Origin: Octopus sinensis
Lineage: Eukaryota
Length of the DNA: 64,000 bases
NCBI RefSeq assembly: GCF_006345805.1
Contig: NC_043023.1
Location: forward strand, 18,476,001 to 18,540,000
Direction of reading: 5' to 3'
The notes beneath the pieces were generated by a model. The model was not told the DNA's origin, searched no databases, and worked only from the letters and a program-made list of their open reading frames with translations. Shown in pieces: positions 26,401-39,759 of the stretch. A program made the translations under genes and the position numbers. Positions within the stretch are counted from its first letter, which is position 1. Every line of letters begins with the position of its first letter.

Positions 26401-26506
26401 TCCGAACTATGGAATCTGAGGGTTTACAAACAAAACTCTCCGAAAAGAAAGGCTTAGGTGCGACAAATACAAAAGCATTTTGGGGACCTGTGAACTAAAC
26501 CCCTAT

Positions 26507-26595
<89 letters not shown>

Positions 26596-26597
26596 GT

Positions 26598-26721
26598 ACT
26601 CCGGGTTCAGTCCCACTGCGTGGCACCTTGGGCGAGTGTCTTCGTCTATAGTCTCAGGCACACCAAAGCCTTATGAGTGGATTTGGTAGAAGGAAACTGA
26701 AAGAAGCCCGTCGTATATATG

Positions 26722-26752
<31 letters not shown>

Positions 26753-26951
26753 TTGTATGTCTGTGTTTGTCCCTCTAGCTTTGTTTGACAACCGACGCTG
26801 GTGTGTTTATGTCCCCGTTACTTAGCGGTTCGGCAAAAAGAGACTGATAGAATAAGTATTGGGGTTACAAAAGAATAGGTCCCGGGGTCGAGTAGCTCGA
26901 TTAAAGGCGGTGCTCCACCATGGCCGCAGTCAAATGACTGAAACAAGTAAA
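26598..26951 (+). mobile_element. Fragments of other tRNA-derived SINE families (CORE-like ACCTTGGGCGAGTGTCTT; tail GACTGAAACAAGTAAAA)
   Basis: Related copies at ~27860-28140 (-) and ~45820-45990 (+). Confidence 0.7.
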
Positions 26952-26988
26952 ATAGTAAAAGAGTATATATATATATATATATATATAT

Positions 26989-27412
26989 ATCACAATCAAG
27001 GAACGGCCATAATAGGCCATTCACCCACTAGAAATAACAGCCAAAGCTTCAACCGCAAAATAACATTAATTCCGTAAACCAGGAGAAAATTAAAAAACAT
27101 TTACCCTGTAATTTCTTATACGATGCACCGTTTCATCTACTGTTTAATGGTAAACTAACCTGATTAAATTAAATCAAGCCAATCTTCCATAGGCCCTTAG
27201 ATTCGGGCCTATGGAAGATTGGCTTGATTTAATTTAATCAGGTTAGTTTACCATTAAACAGTTGATGAAACGGTGCATCGTATAAGAAATTACAGGGTAA
27301 ATGTTTTTTAATTTTCTCCTGGTTTACGGAATTAATGTTATTTTGCGGTTGAAGCTTTGGCTGTTATTTCTAGTGGGTGAATGGCCTATTATGGCCGTTC
27401 CTTGATTGTGAT
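26989..27412. repeat. Near-perfect palindrome: 208-bp arms, 8-nt loop, one mismatch
   Basis: 26989-27196 is the reverse complement of 27205-27412; loop TTAGATTC. Confidence 0.97.
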
Positions 27413-27508
27413 GTTGAACTTAAAAATGGTCTATGACTATTTAATTTTTTCCCACTAGGCCGCTGGTGGCAAAAAAATTCTACAAAATTTTTTGCCACCC
27501 TATATTGA

Positions 27509-27562
<54 letters not shown>

Positions 27563-28943
27563 TCACAGGTTATTTAAACGATTAGGTACCATAATAAGTA
27601 CTGTAACAGATTACTAAGGCTCTAAGGTTATATCCGAGACGCAGTATAGAGCCATTGGAGATTTCCGAGGCAGCGGATATATAATTGGTAAACAGGACGT
27701 CAAACATCTCAAGTCATATACAATATTATATCATATTATATTATATATATATATATTTATATATATATCATGTATGTATAAATGTATTTGTGCACGTGTA
27801 TATTCATTTACTTTTTCAGTCATTTATACAGAATTTATTGTTTGCCAGACTAGTATTCATTCTATCACTTTCCCTTGTCAACCCTCTCCATTACAGGGAC
27901 GTAAACACACCAACATCAGTTGTCAAGTGAGAGTGAGGGGGACAAAGACAGACACAAAGACACACATAAGTATATACATAGATATAAGACGGGTTTATTA
28001 CAGTTACTCTCTACTAAATACACTCACAAGGCTTTGGTCGACCCGAGGATATAGTAGAAGACACTTGCCCAAGATGCCATGCAGCGGAACTGAACCGGAA
28101 TCTATGTGTTTGGGAAGCAAGTTTCTTACCACACAACCACGTCTCCGTCTTCACACAGCTCCGCCTCCGCGAGACATAAATATGCATATATGTGTTTGCG
28201 TAAGAGTGTGTGAATGCGTCTGTGTGTATGCAGTGGGGACCCAGGATCTTTTTCGTTTCCAAAAAATTACTATATTAGTTGGGAATCGCAATTTGTAACA
28301 AATGGACACATTTTTATGTATTCTATGTTGTAAGAGACCAGAAACATAAAACAGTTATGCTCTGAAAAACCTTGGTCCCGGCCCTATTTTTGGTGTCGGA
28401 TGGGCCAGAAAGGGTTTTACCCGGGCAACTAGGACAACATCCCTGCCTCAACCACTGGTATCTATGTAGACATGTAAGCTTGCTGCATTTATATGTGGAT
28501 GGATGGATGGATGGATGGATGGATGGACGCATGTATGCAGGTAAGCTTGATGTATGTATGTATGTGTGTATGTATGTATGTATGTAAGTATTATGAATGT
28601 GTATGCGTGTGTGATTTATTGAGTCACCACTATACAAAAGGCAAACAATTCAAATTTCTAAGAGAGAGAAAGTTGTGTGAAATATATTGAGAAGAGGATT
28701 GTTGACTATTTTAAGACCAAAGCTTTGTTGTTTACTACACTTGACTTAACATTTAGAACATACTTAAACAACCTGCAACTGTCTTGTCGGTCTCGACTAC
28801 TACAATGTATCAGAATTTTAACGAAATGACAACGATGCATTTGTGCATCATCATCATCAACATCATCATCATCATCACCCACAGGTTTATATTATATATA
28901 CGTATGTATAGGTATATTATAGATACATATGTATATGTGGGCG

Positions 28944-28975
<32 letters not shown>

Positions 28976-28999
28976 CATACATATAGACATACAGATAGA

Positions 29000-29122
29000 T
29001 AAATAAATAGATAGATAAGATAGATTCATAGGTAGATAAGATAGGTATATATATATGTATATATATGTAGATAGATAGGTAGATAGATCGATAGATAGAA
29101 AAATAGATAGATAGATAGATAT

Positions 29123-29199
<77 letters not shown>

Positions 29200-29240
29200 A
29201 AAATAGATAGATAGATAGAAAAATAGATAGGTAGATAGAT
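29000..29240. repeat. (GATA)n microsatellite
   Basis: Read directly. Confidence 0.95.
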
Positions 29241-29525
29241 ATAATATATGTGTGTGTCTGTATAATTATAATAAGGGCTTATAAATAAATTTCTTAGCTA
29301 TATGCTGAAAAAAAGACGCTAAATCGCCTCATCACTGAAAGAAGTCAGAAACACATGTTAAATTCGATGCAACAAGCCAACGGAAATTTTCGATAAGATA
29401 GTTCTGTATTAGCTAAAATTTGGATCTGCCCAAATGCTCTCCCATCTTCAGCAGAAACATACTATAGATATAAATCAGATATTTATTAATTCATATAGGA
29501 AAGCGATACGCAAAGCCATAAATAC

Positions 29526-29800
29526 TCATAAATTCCCCATCTGCTGCCAGTTTGCGTAGACGCAGACCAGCAAGTGTCCGAGCAAGTCCGGCATACTACG
29601 ATAAAATTCATAGGGCAGACCATCCAGCCCCGGAGACTTGTTCCTGGTGCATTCATCTAGCCCATCCGCGACCTCCGCAGCTGTAATCGACCCTTCACAA
29701 CATTCGGTCTCCCGCGCCGAGAATCGCGGCTCGCCGGCGAAGAAGTCCTTTAGGGACTCCCCACGGTCCAGCGCCCCGCTCGTCCCAAACCACCGGTCGA
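29526..29800 (-). mobile_element. Tx1-clade LINE fragment (pre-RT region), left part of the element split by the CR1
   Basis: CCEGSITAAEV...KSPGLDGLPYEFYRSMPDLLGHLL, homologous to 1940-2100. Confidence 0.88.
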
Positions 29801-29813
29801 AATCTCTAAAGAT

Positions 29814-30374
29814 TTGTCCACGTCCACTGTGGAACGAGCACTTCACCCAGTCGATATCGGTCTACTAGGTTATAGCTTGCTATTAATGTTTTTTAGACCA
29901 GAATATCCCCTTCTTTTTGCCCACTCAAGATCGGCAATAATATATGGCAAAGCGGAATCCACCTGTGATACAGGCATAAACCGCCTAAAAGATGACATTA
30001 ATTTTGTTTCCATTTTGGTTGGAAAATTGTTCTCTGTGAACGAAAATGTCAGTGTTCTTAAGGTCGCTCGGCTAGGAAGATTCCAAGCGAACCCAACCGC
30101 AGATACTAGACCACGCCCAATAAGGGTAATCTTTTCTTCTGATCGGGAGGCTTCAGTCTTTCTGAACAGAGCTCAGACGCATGCCTGGGAGGACCCCAAT
30201 ATGGGTTTTCGCGAGGAATACTCACTAAGAGAGAGAATTCGCCGGAGGAACCTGATATCCGAGCTAAAGATGAGGAAACAAATGGGAGAGAAGGGTTTAC
30301 GAATCCAAGATGGACAGATAATCAAGTCCTACCTCTGGTCCCATGCTGTAGTGCTGACAGGGAAAGTGATGTGA
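29814..30374 (+). CDS. CR1-type ORF1 C-terminal portion
   Basis: IIYGKAES...VARLG...RPRPIRVIF pattern typical of CR1/L2/Jockey ORF1; its stop overlaps the start of the ORF2 frame. Confidence 0.7.
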   Translation: MSTSTVERALHPVDIGLLGYSLLLMFFRPEYPLLFAHSRSAIIYGKAESTCDTGINRLKDDINFVSILVGKLFSVNENVSVLKVARLGRFQANPTADTRPRPIRVIFSSDREASVFLNRAQTHAWEDPNMGFREEYSLRERIRRRNLISELKMRKQMGEKGLRIQDGQIIKSYLWSHAVVLTGKVM

Positions 30375-33258
30375 GGGCAAATCGAAGTGAAGTTGATACC
30401 CCCGTCAACGATGCTATCTCTGATGCCCTTTATTCTGCTTGTTCCCCAACTCCCGCCCCTCGGACTTCACAGCTCAGCATCGTCTACACCAACTCGTGCT
30501 CCTTATTCCCAAAGTTCAGTGAACTATTTACACTGGCCCTACGCGACTCCCCTGATGTGATAGCTATCACCGAGACTTGGCTGACTCCAGCAGTAAAGGA
30601 CTCAGAGATCCACCTGCAGGGCTACGTCCTTTTCAGATGTGACAGAGGAAAAAGGCGAGGTGGAGGTGTTGCTGTGTATGTTAAGTCTGAGCACAAACCG
30701 TCCTGCGGTATTCTACCCACAAATGCTCAACCTACAACCAAATTCGATGCCGTCTATTGCAAGCTGAGCCTATCTGAGTTTTGCCTGCCCGTGTTGGCTG
30801 TCTACAGGCCGCCTCTAGCCGATCCCCAGGACGATGCTCATTTACTCGAGGCGATAAGATTCGTTTCAGCTTCGCATGACTGCTTGGTACTAGGCGACTT
30901 CAACGCTCCCATGATCGATTGGCCCGCATCAATTTGTACAACATCTTCCCGGTCGGCCAGGCCCTTCTTGACGTGGCTGAAGATCGTTTTCTATCGCAAC
31001 ATGTTGAATATCCGACAAGGCATCGGTCTGGGCAGCAGCCATCTATGCTAGATCTGGTATTCTCCCGCTATCCAAGATCAGTGTCAGACGTATCTGTGTG
31101 CGCCCCTCTTGCCAAGTGTGATCATGCGGTCCTGAAGTTCGTCATGCACACAACTTTTTCCACGCCCACGATTACTTCGCTGCCACGTAGAGTCTTCTCT
31201 GCAATTAATCTTGAAATTCTAACCGAAGCTTCCGCGCTTCTGGACTGGCGTTCCCTGATGACGTTGTCCTCAGTTGACGAACTATGGTCATCCCTCAAAG
31301 CATATGTAATCTGTTTGACTGACCAGGCAGTTCCCGTTGGACTTCCCAAGAGGAAGAAACACAAGCCCTGGGTGACGAAGAAGGTTAAACGAGAACGTCG
31401 ACTCAGAGATATTGCTTGGGCTGAATTCAAAAATCTGGATTCGACTGCAGCTTTTGGGGTGTACAAAACTCAACGAGACCGAGCCGTGAAAATTGAAAAG
31501 AAAGAACGCTTCAGTTATGAATACAAAATCGCGGCAAATGCCAGTAGCAATCCAAAAACCTTCTTTGCCCATGTCCAGCGGAATTCCCGCTTGAACAACC
31601 AGATTGTAACATTGGTAGACTCAACAGGCGTATCGATTGAGGACCCTTATCAACAGAGTCAATTATTTGCCGAGGCTTTTTCAACTATTTTCAAACAAGA
31701 TGATGGTCGTGAACCCCCTCCATTTGATAGATCGGTACCTCCAATGCTTCGATTGATCATCACGCGGGACCAAGTCAAACGTGTTATTCAAGGCCTCGAT
31801 GTCAACAAGGGTCACGGCCCTGACGGCATACACCCACGGGTTATCAAAGCGTTGGCTCCGGTCATCTGCGAGCCCTTAACACGACTATTCAATATGTCAT
31901 TGGCGACGGGTGTTATACCTGCAGACTGGAGAACAGCGATAATCTGCCCAATTTTCAAGAAAGGGAGCCGCGAAGACCCGCTTAACTACCGACCGGTTTC
32001 CCTTACATCAATAATCAGCAAGATGTTCGAAACCATCCTTAAGAAAAGTATGATGCTCCACCTCCTAAGCACAGCCTCGATCACTGATTCCCAACACGGC
32101 TTCGTGCCGAGGAGATCATGCTTGACCAACTTACTAGTAATGGAAGAATTGGTGACGCGCATCCTCGATGATAGTGATGCTGTTGACATCGTTTTATTGG
32201 ACTTTGCCAAAGCTTTTGACTCGGTAAACCACCGCCTACTACTTGTCAAGCTTCAAGCATATAGTTTCCATCCGGATATTGTACGATGGGTTGGTGCCTT
32301 CCTCTCAGATCGCTCCTTCCAAGTTCAAGTTAATGGTTCGCGGTCCGACGTCTCCAGTGCGAGCAGTGGCGTGCCTCAAGGTTCAGTGCTTGGGCCCTTG
32401 TTGTTCTTAGTCTTCATAAATGACTTGCCCGACGACCTCACGCAACACACCCTTCTATTTGCCGACGATATCAAACTGGTCGCTCCTCGCGGTAGTATAG
32501 AGGATCTTCATCGATGCCTCCACCAAATTTGGAAGTGGTCTAACGATTGGGACCTGTGTCTGAACGTGTCAAAGTGCTGTCATCTGCCTGTCGGCTCTAC
32601 TCCTGCAACTCAACTTGATTTCGAGCCGGGTCCTCTGCTGCTGGAGAGGACCGATCAGGTAAAGGACCTGGGTATCTTGGTGGATTCCTCCTTTTTGCCT
32701 TCGGCCCAGTGCGTCCATGCTGCCAACAAAGCACGCGGAATTCTGTTTTTGATTCGACGGTCATTCGGAGTGCTCACAGCAGCCATATTCCTGCCACTCT
32801 ATGTCACGCTGGTGAGACCCATATTGGAGTATGGGATTCAAGCCTCTTCTCCTTATCTCCTCAAAGACATACAGCACCTCGAAAGAGTCCAGAGGCTGGC
32901 TACCCGCCTGGTTCATGGTCTCAAAAATTTGTCCTACGAAGAAAGGCTGAGGACGCTCGACCTTTATTCTCTTGAAAAACGCCGCCGCCGTGGTGATCTC
33001 ATTCTCGCCCACAACATCATAAGCGGGAAGTGTAACCTCTCGAAAGAGCTGTTCTTCACTCCTGCTCCGGAGCGTCGGCTGCGGGGTCATTCCGAAAAGC
33101 TCTACCTGCGACGATTTCATCTCAATCGAAGGAGAGGAGCTTTCTCCGTCCGGGTTGCGGATCCGTGGAACAAGCTGCCAGATGAGATGGTGAAGATGCC
33201 AACGACCGCTTTGTTCAAAGCCTCCCTGGACCTCAAGTGGCCTGAACTCTTTACATGA
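30371..33258 (+). CDS. CR1 ORF2 (APE endonuclease plus reverse transcriptase) split by one frameshift at ~30948-30950
   Basis: APE motifs IAITETWL, VYRPP, LGDFNAP, LDLVF; RT motifs NYRPVSLTS, LDFAKAFDSV, GVPQGSVLGPLLF, LFADDIKL. One extra C at the CCC run would fuse ORFs 30371-31051 and 30919-33258. Confidence 0.9.
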
Positions 33259-33352
33259 ACACCACCCTGTACTTAACTCCATGTCCCCCTACATGGCCTT
33301 GCTATTTGCTTTTGAGCCAAATTAACTAACTAACTAACTAACTAACTTCTAT

Positions 33353-34700
33353 CGGTCGAGCCAACACTATCCACCCTTGCTTCGAGAATGGTGTTAACGT
33401 CTCCTACTATATCTAGACTTTTAGACGTCACCAGAAAGCTCTCCAGGTCTCGAAATAAAACAGCTTGTCTTCCCTCTTTCGGAGCGTAGACCGCTACCGA
33501 CCTGAAGGACTGCTTACTTGCTTGTCACATCTAGGACGACCAACCTAACTTCTCGGTCCAGAAAGACTCTACTTATTTGTATGTCCAAGCTTTTTCTGAA
33601 CAACACCACCAGGCCCCCGTCTCCCCGTCGACTAGGAGAAATAAATTTCTCATAGCCATTTAGAAGAGACGGGAACGTCTGTGGCCCGTTCAACTTCCAC
33701 TCAGTCGCAACATATATATCAGTTTCTAGTGAACTGGAGTCGTTCAGGAGACAAGTTTGCTTCGATCCCAGGCCACGAATATTTATACTACCTAACTTAA
33801 TTTCCATGGTAAAAATTAAAGAAGCCCACACATGTTAAGTATGCGGAGAGGCTGCACAAATTCTCCAGCCTCCCCTTACTTTTTCTTTCTGAGATGTAGC
33901 CGCTGGGCTAAGAACAAATCCTTTGTTGCCAAACTCTTGGTTAACATCTTGTATGTCCTACGGGTATCTCTCTTTAGATTGTTTAAATAGTTCTGCAACT
34001 ATCCTTGCCAACCGTATATTCGGTTGTATACCATGTATCGTCTGGCCTTGATTCGACTATTTTGTTTCAGGCTTGAACCACCATCTCGAGTGCTTGGCCT
34101 TTCCAGTTTAGAGCCTCTCCCTTTTTCATTTGCGGTATTGATATTTCTTCTGCGTCGTAAATTACGGCCGCTGCAATGCAAGGTAGGTCGGGAGCAACAT
34201 TATCTCCTCATTCTTTAGCGTTTGAGTCGATATTTCTTCTGCTAATTCAGCGTTTTCAAATTGCGCCTCAATAGTGGAGCTTCTTCGTCCTCGACCGACA
34301 TAGGTATAATTGTTCCCGGGGGGGGGGCACTTCTCTACAGCTTCGTTCTTCACTGACAATATTCTTTTTTTTCCTTTACGGTTGTATGTTTTGTATACTA
34401 CCGTTCTGGCAGTAAAATCTTTCATCATGTCCTGTTGTGGCAGAAGTTTGGTTTCGTTGCTACTTTTCTTTATAAGGTAGCAAAACTTAAATAAATGTTC
34501 CTTATATAGCTCCAATTTACTGAAATTGCCACCAATAGCAGCAGAAAAACTTGGCTTTTCCTTTCCTTCCTGGTTACAAACTTGCTTATTTCTTCATGGC
34601 CGGGAAACCCTCTCTCAGGACTGAATGGATATTCGACAACAAATTCAAGTCCATTTTTACAAATGGCCTCCGAATAACAGAAAAATAATAAGTATTTTTG
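33353..34700 (-). mobile_element. Tx1-clade LINE 5' part (decayed ORF1 plus APE N-terminus)
   Basis: MEIKLGSINIRGL...SFRSVAVYAP...IVGDVNTIL; upstream ORF1-like RTVVYKTYN...LLPTY (34162-34515). The 5' boundary is approximate. Confidence 0.8.
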
Positions 34701-35049
34701 TCAAAATGCCAAAAATTAATTTTTTACCCTACAATGGGTAAAAAAAAACACAAAAAGCAGTCCAACAAGTTATGCATCAATTAATTTTCTGCCCCGTGGG
34801 GCGAAAAGTTTCGTTAAAACGACGACAACAGTTCGATTCCAAGAAGCGCACAAGCGTAACAATTTCAACATATAATCAACAACAAAAATACATTAACCAA
34901 ATAAACTCACTAAGCCAGAGCAGCCGAAAGCAGAAGGACTCCAGTCTGGAGTAATTTCTTTATTATGATAATATCTTTCACATGACGTTACAAATATATA
35001 GATGAGCTAAGTGAGTTTATCATTAAAACCTGAATGAATCCCATATACA

Positions 35050-36665
35050 ATTTAAATACAATTTTCTCATATATGCTTCACGACATTTGTCTCTTCTCCT
35101 GCCCTGTCTTGCTCTTCAGGATATGAAGGACCCTGTCTTTTTATTTCCTTGCATTCTTGTTTTTCCATGCATACTCTTTCATTACTGCAATCGTACGCAG
35201 AAAACATGCCTCACTTTCCTTTATAGTCCGTTGGCGGTACAGTCTTTATCACAGACTCAGATGATAGCTGTATTCTTTCCCAGGTATGACAACACGTGTT
35301 CTATGTAAATTATCAAGCCCAAAAGCTGCAGACACTGTACAAGAGCGTACATGTCAGTTTCCCTGTCTTACCCGCACATTGGGTAAGCCAGTGGCACTGA
35401 TATTCCTTGCCTGGACAATTTATCGCGGACAGGTAACTCATCCCTGTGACACTACCAGGTCAGGGATCTTTGGTAATTATCCAAATACCCCGATCTGAAG
35501 GTGTTTTGAAACAGTTTGGCTAGCTGGTTCTCATTGAACCCCAGAGCCCCTTCTAGGACGCCATAGCTCTTATACTCTACCATCCCTTTATAAAATACAG
35601 AGGTGGTATTTCCGCTGCCGGCCTTGCCCGCACTGTGGATTAGCGCGAGTGCCTAACGGCACTCCTTTTACCATTCAGTTGTATTCTGTCTTTTTATCAA
35701 AATGGGTGTAGATTCCTCCAAGGCGGCCGGTCGTGGAAAGAATTCCCCTGCAAGCGAATTCCACACCTGGCCACCATCCAGGTAGAGCCAGGGCGGCCTT
35801 AGCCTCAGTGTATGTCTGCATATCAATAGCCAGGGCAGCCCTAGCCTACACTTTAGCGGTTCTACGGATCGCCTCACAAGCGGTTTTCCCTTCCACAAGA
35901 AGCGGAAGAGAAGTCGCACCAACTTGCATAGCCACGAATCGGGACAAGGGACAACGGTCAGACGGTAGGTGATAACAGATGCAATAAACAAATGTAACAC
36001 CTCAGCCCTCTCTTTCAGAGACAGCGCTTTTCCAGACCAGGTCCGGACTAGGGCATCCACCCTGTCTGCCACCTCACTCCAATTCTTCTCCGTTTGGGAG
36101 TCTGGACCAAACCAAACTCCAAGCAACTTAACAGGACCATCTGTTCAGTGCCCCACGACACTGGACGTATCGGCTTGCCACTCACGTGCCGTCTCGCAAT
36201 CCGATGTACTTGTCCTTGTTATCTTTTGCCCCTGCCACCGCCTTGTATCCTTTGATTGCATCCTGTTCACAAGGTAGCTGAGCTACATTGGCACGGTGAT
36301 GTGACGTCATCCGCATATGCAGAATCAGACTTACCACATCCTATTTCATTGGGGATGTCCCCCAAATTCTCCAACCCTCGCATCAATGGCTCAAGAGTCA
36401 ATAGATACAGAAGCGGAGCCAGGGAGGAACCCTTGCTGAACCCAGCGCTGAATCTCAAATCGTTTTGACAGGTAACTGTGGATTTGATGCCACCATAAAT
36501 GGCCTTGATCCAACCGCGGAAGTCCGAGCCTAGCCCAGCCGCCTCAAGGACTGACGCCAGGTACTAGTGGTCTACCTTATCGAAAGTTTTACTTTGGTCT
36601 AAATGGACCAATGCCCCACCTTTACCGGATAATTTATCCACCCTTTCTAAGATGTAGTGTAAGAG
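35050..36665 (-). mobile_element. Degenerate 5'-truncated Tx1-clade LINE (RT to C-terminus)
   Basis: LHLLHYIL...LVHLDQSKTFDKVDH, SAYADD, LGVWFGPD, LFRFLWKG, YLDNYQRSL across frameshifts. Confidence 0.85.
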
Positions 36666-37300
36666 ATGAAGTTTAGGGATACCGGATAATAAACTTGATT
36701 TGCACTTGAAGTTGGTGATGTAATCGTACTCCATGTCTGTGAGACCTTCTCGGTATGAGTTGATTAATGTCCTGAGGTTATTCATTATTTTTGATTGATT
36801 ATAATGTTGGACCCCTTGCTAGTATGTCTCATATCCTAATAGGGATAGTACTAAATTTTATAATCATTTGTGTTCATTAATACTACCGCGTTGCCCCCAT
36901 CGGCCACCTTGATTGTTATGGTTTTACCTTCTCTTAGTTTGATGAGGTCGTTGCATTCTCTTTTGTCGAAGTTTGGTCTGTATTTTTGCCTATTGGTGAG
37001 TTGAAAAGGGAAATTGGTTATGTAGTCACAAAAGCGGTCTAGAGCTTTATTCTTTCCTTGGTAGGGGTGTAGTCGCTGTTGTTTCTAGCTAATGGATTCG
37101 TCATCCATTTGTTTGCCATGATATTCCTCGCAAGTCTTAATTTCCTACAAAATTCCGAATATCGTCTTTCGTTTCATAGTAATTTGGACGTTGTGGGTTG
37201 GGTAACTTTAAGTCCTTTGTGGATAGTATGCTTATTTCGTTAGGTGTAAGTCTTTGTTTGAGAGATTGATTATTTTAATTACCTGTGGTTTCTTTTGTTT
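36666..37300 (-). mobile_element. Penelope-like element, RT N-terminal fragment
   Basis: ITIKVADGGNAVVLMNT and LTDMEYDYITNFKCKSSLLSGIPKLH match the PLE IKxADKG and YGLPKIHK regions. Confidence 0.7.
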
Positions 37301-39418
37301 GTCCGTTGCCATCGTGTGTCCCTGTTCCTGTATGTAAGTCTAAAAAATGGTTGGTGTGTTTATTTTGAAAAACACTGTTTATCTCTCCTGTTGTTGTAAT
37401 TTTTAGAGTGGGTTTGTGGTGCTTCTGTTTTGTAGCGTATTTTGAACCGCGTGTTCCGTCTTAGTGTATCAGGTATATAGTGTTGGTAGTTGTTTATTCT
37501 GTAGTGTGTTTGTTGTTTGTTAAGGTTGTATAGTTGGTTCCTAGAGTAGAGGTTCGGTAGTTGAGTCTTAGTTGGGTTATGTAGATTGTAGTTAATAGAA
37601 TTGTGTGTTGCATTACTATGGTTCTTGAAATGGTGTGGTGGGTCCCTGTAGGTGTTTTGGGGTTGATTTAGCTAGTGTGGGGTGCGTTTAAAATGTCTTT
37701 CTCTGATAGAGAATATATTTAGATTTCTTGGTGGTTGTTCCGTTCTGTTGGCAAGTGGTTTTGTTTTGCTTAATTTTACGAAAGGGGTTGTTGGACATGT
37801 GTTCAGTTTTGAAGTTCTGTCTGTCTGTATGTATGTATGTTATGTCAGGTCACTTTCGAGTGCTGCTGGTACATGTAACCCAGTACAACCTGTTGCATGT
37901 CGGACGTCGGCGACTAAACCGGCAACCCCACCAAGCTTGCTTGGTGAGGAGGGCGTTTATTGGACACTCCTGCGGGACATGAAAAACAAACCCGTCAAAT
38001 TGCGGAGGAACTAACCTGAGAGTCAACGGCCATCCAATGAATGTCTTAAGGTTGTATCATGCGCGGGGACATAGAATAATCGAACTGAATACCCGATTTC
38101 GCGGTTAAAACCGTTGGGAGTGAAGGACTCCTAGCCTTTGTTAGGGGATCCTTCTAGAGAAGGTAACGCAGGTAACTGGGATAACTCCGACATAAAACCT
38201 GCGGCTCAGTGTTACCATGATGTTGACTTGTTCTTCTTTTCGGATTATGGCTGCTGTTGCTTAGTGAGTGGGATTCACTCAGTGCACAGCCTTTCCTCAC
38301 TTAAAACAAAATCTTCTTGCACGATAACAACATTGATTATGCTTCGTGCAATGGCCATACTCGATAACGAGGAGACAACCACCATGTATGGATGGATGTA
38401 TGACTGTTTGTATGTGATTATCCAGTTTTATATGTAGAGGGTGAGCCGGATTCTAACCTAGATCCAATGTACCTTCATTGGAATTTCAACATCACAGGGT
38501 ACATTTGCTTGAATGTATGAGAATATTAGCCGTATTTGAAATTAGTACACGTGCAGATTTGTATATTTGGTTTTGGGTATGTATCCTCATACATATATTT
38601 AAATGATAAATTTCTGGAAACATTTAGATTTTAAGAGATCCAGTGGTGGCCTGGATCTGTAGATTTCGAATCAGCTTTTTCCCGTCTAGTTTTGGGAAGC
38701 CTAATTTCTCGGGATTAGACAGTGTGTTGCATATCCAAGTGTCCCAATAATTACAGATTACAAGTTCAAGTCTATACGTTAACTGATAATATAGGACGTG
38801 TAACTGTAGATTTCTCAAGAGTTCAAGAATTCTTTTTATGATCTTTAGATTTATGTTAACATCCGCTGGTCAGCTCATTTCCACAGCTGTACACAGATTG
38901 TCTTCCCTGAGTCAAATCTTCTCTGTCACGTCGATTATGGTCACGTTTTATTGAGGGTTTCACTGGGACATTTCAAAAATACTCCTTATTAGTGGCTATA
39001 GCTTTTACTATCTTGTGGGTTCTCACTATATATGTATGTATGTATGTATTATGAATCTTTGTGTGTATGTGTGTTATTTGTTGAGGCACCACATCACAAA
39101 AGCTAAATAATGCTTATCTTTTAGATAGAGAAAATAGGCTAGAGAAATAGAAAGAGAGAGAGTAGTATATAATACTTTGAGAAAGGAAGGGATGTTGTCT
39201 GTTCCATTTGACTTAACATTTAGAACATATGTTAACAATGTTTGGTGTGTTTGCTTACTACTATGTATTGAAATTTTAATACACAATGGGTGACGCAATG
39301 TAGTAGTAAGCAATATTCACCATAGTATTTAGCAATATTATACATACATATATGTGTATGTGTGCGTGAGTATGTCTGTCTGTGTACATAGATATATACA
39401 TGTTTGGTATACATATAT

Positions 39419-39464
<46 letters not shown>

Positions 39465-39639
39465 TATTATAATGTCTACATACATCTCTTTAATACACAT
39501 ACATAAAGAGACACACAGACACCACCCATATAATATTTATATATATATATATATATTATATATATATATTAGAATATATATCATCTGTTGTTTCTGTAGT
39601 AGACATCGGCCAAGTTGGCGCACCCCCTTGAATAATATT

Positions 39640-39739
39640 NNNNNNNNNNNNNNNNNNNNNNNNNNNNNNNNNNNNNNNNNNNNNNNNNNNNNNNNNNNNN
39701 NNNNNNNNNNNNNNNNNNNNNNNNNNNNNNNNNNNNNNN
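39640..39739. other. Assembly gap (100 N)
   Basis: Read directly. Confidence 1.
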
Positions 39740-39759
39740 ACTCTTGTGGGTTATAGGCA

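Larger units (their letters stand above)
29801..33352 (+). mobile_element. Near-intact 5'-truncated CR1-clade LINE with (TAAC)6 tail
   Basis: ORF1 C-terminus, APE plus RT ORF2, short 3' UTR, (TAAC)6 at 33323-33346; CGGTCGA at both flanks (29794-29800, 33353-33359). Confidence 0.9.

Noticed and set aside
27590-27720. Weakly LRR-like minus-strand translation (MFDVLFTNYIS...LGYNLRAL)
   Set aside because: No compatible acceptor/donor pair or 72-nt length.
28320-28780. Possible exons, and a 22-bp match (TTGACTTAACATTTAGAACATA) to ~39209
   Set aside because: No frame is both open and bounded by good splice sites in both places; probably a decayed repeat.
29000-29525. (GATA)n as the tail of the minus-strand Tx1 at 29526
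   Set aside because: The Tx1 breaks off in the RT and ~280 bp of unrelated sequence intervenes; no 3' UTR is present.
37790-38160. GC-richer stretch resembling a LINE 5' UTR
   Set aside because: No adjacent ORF or second copy in the window to classify it.
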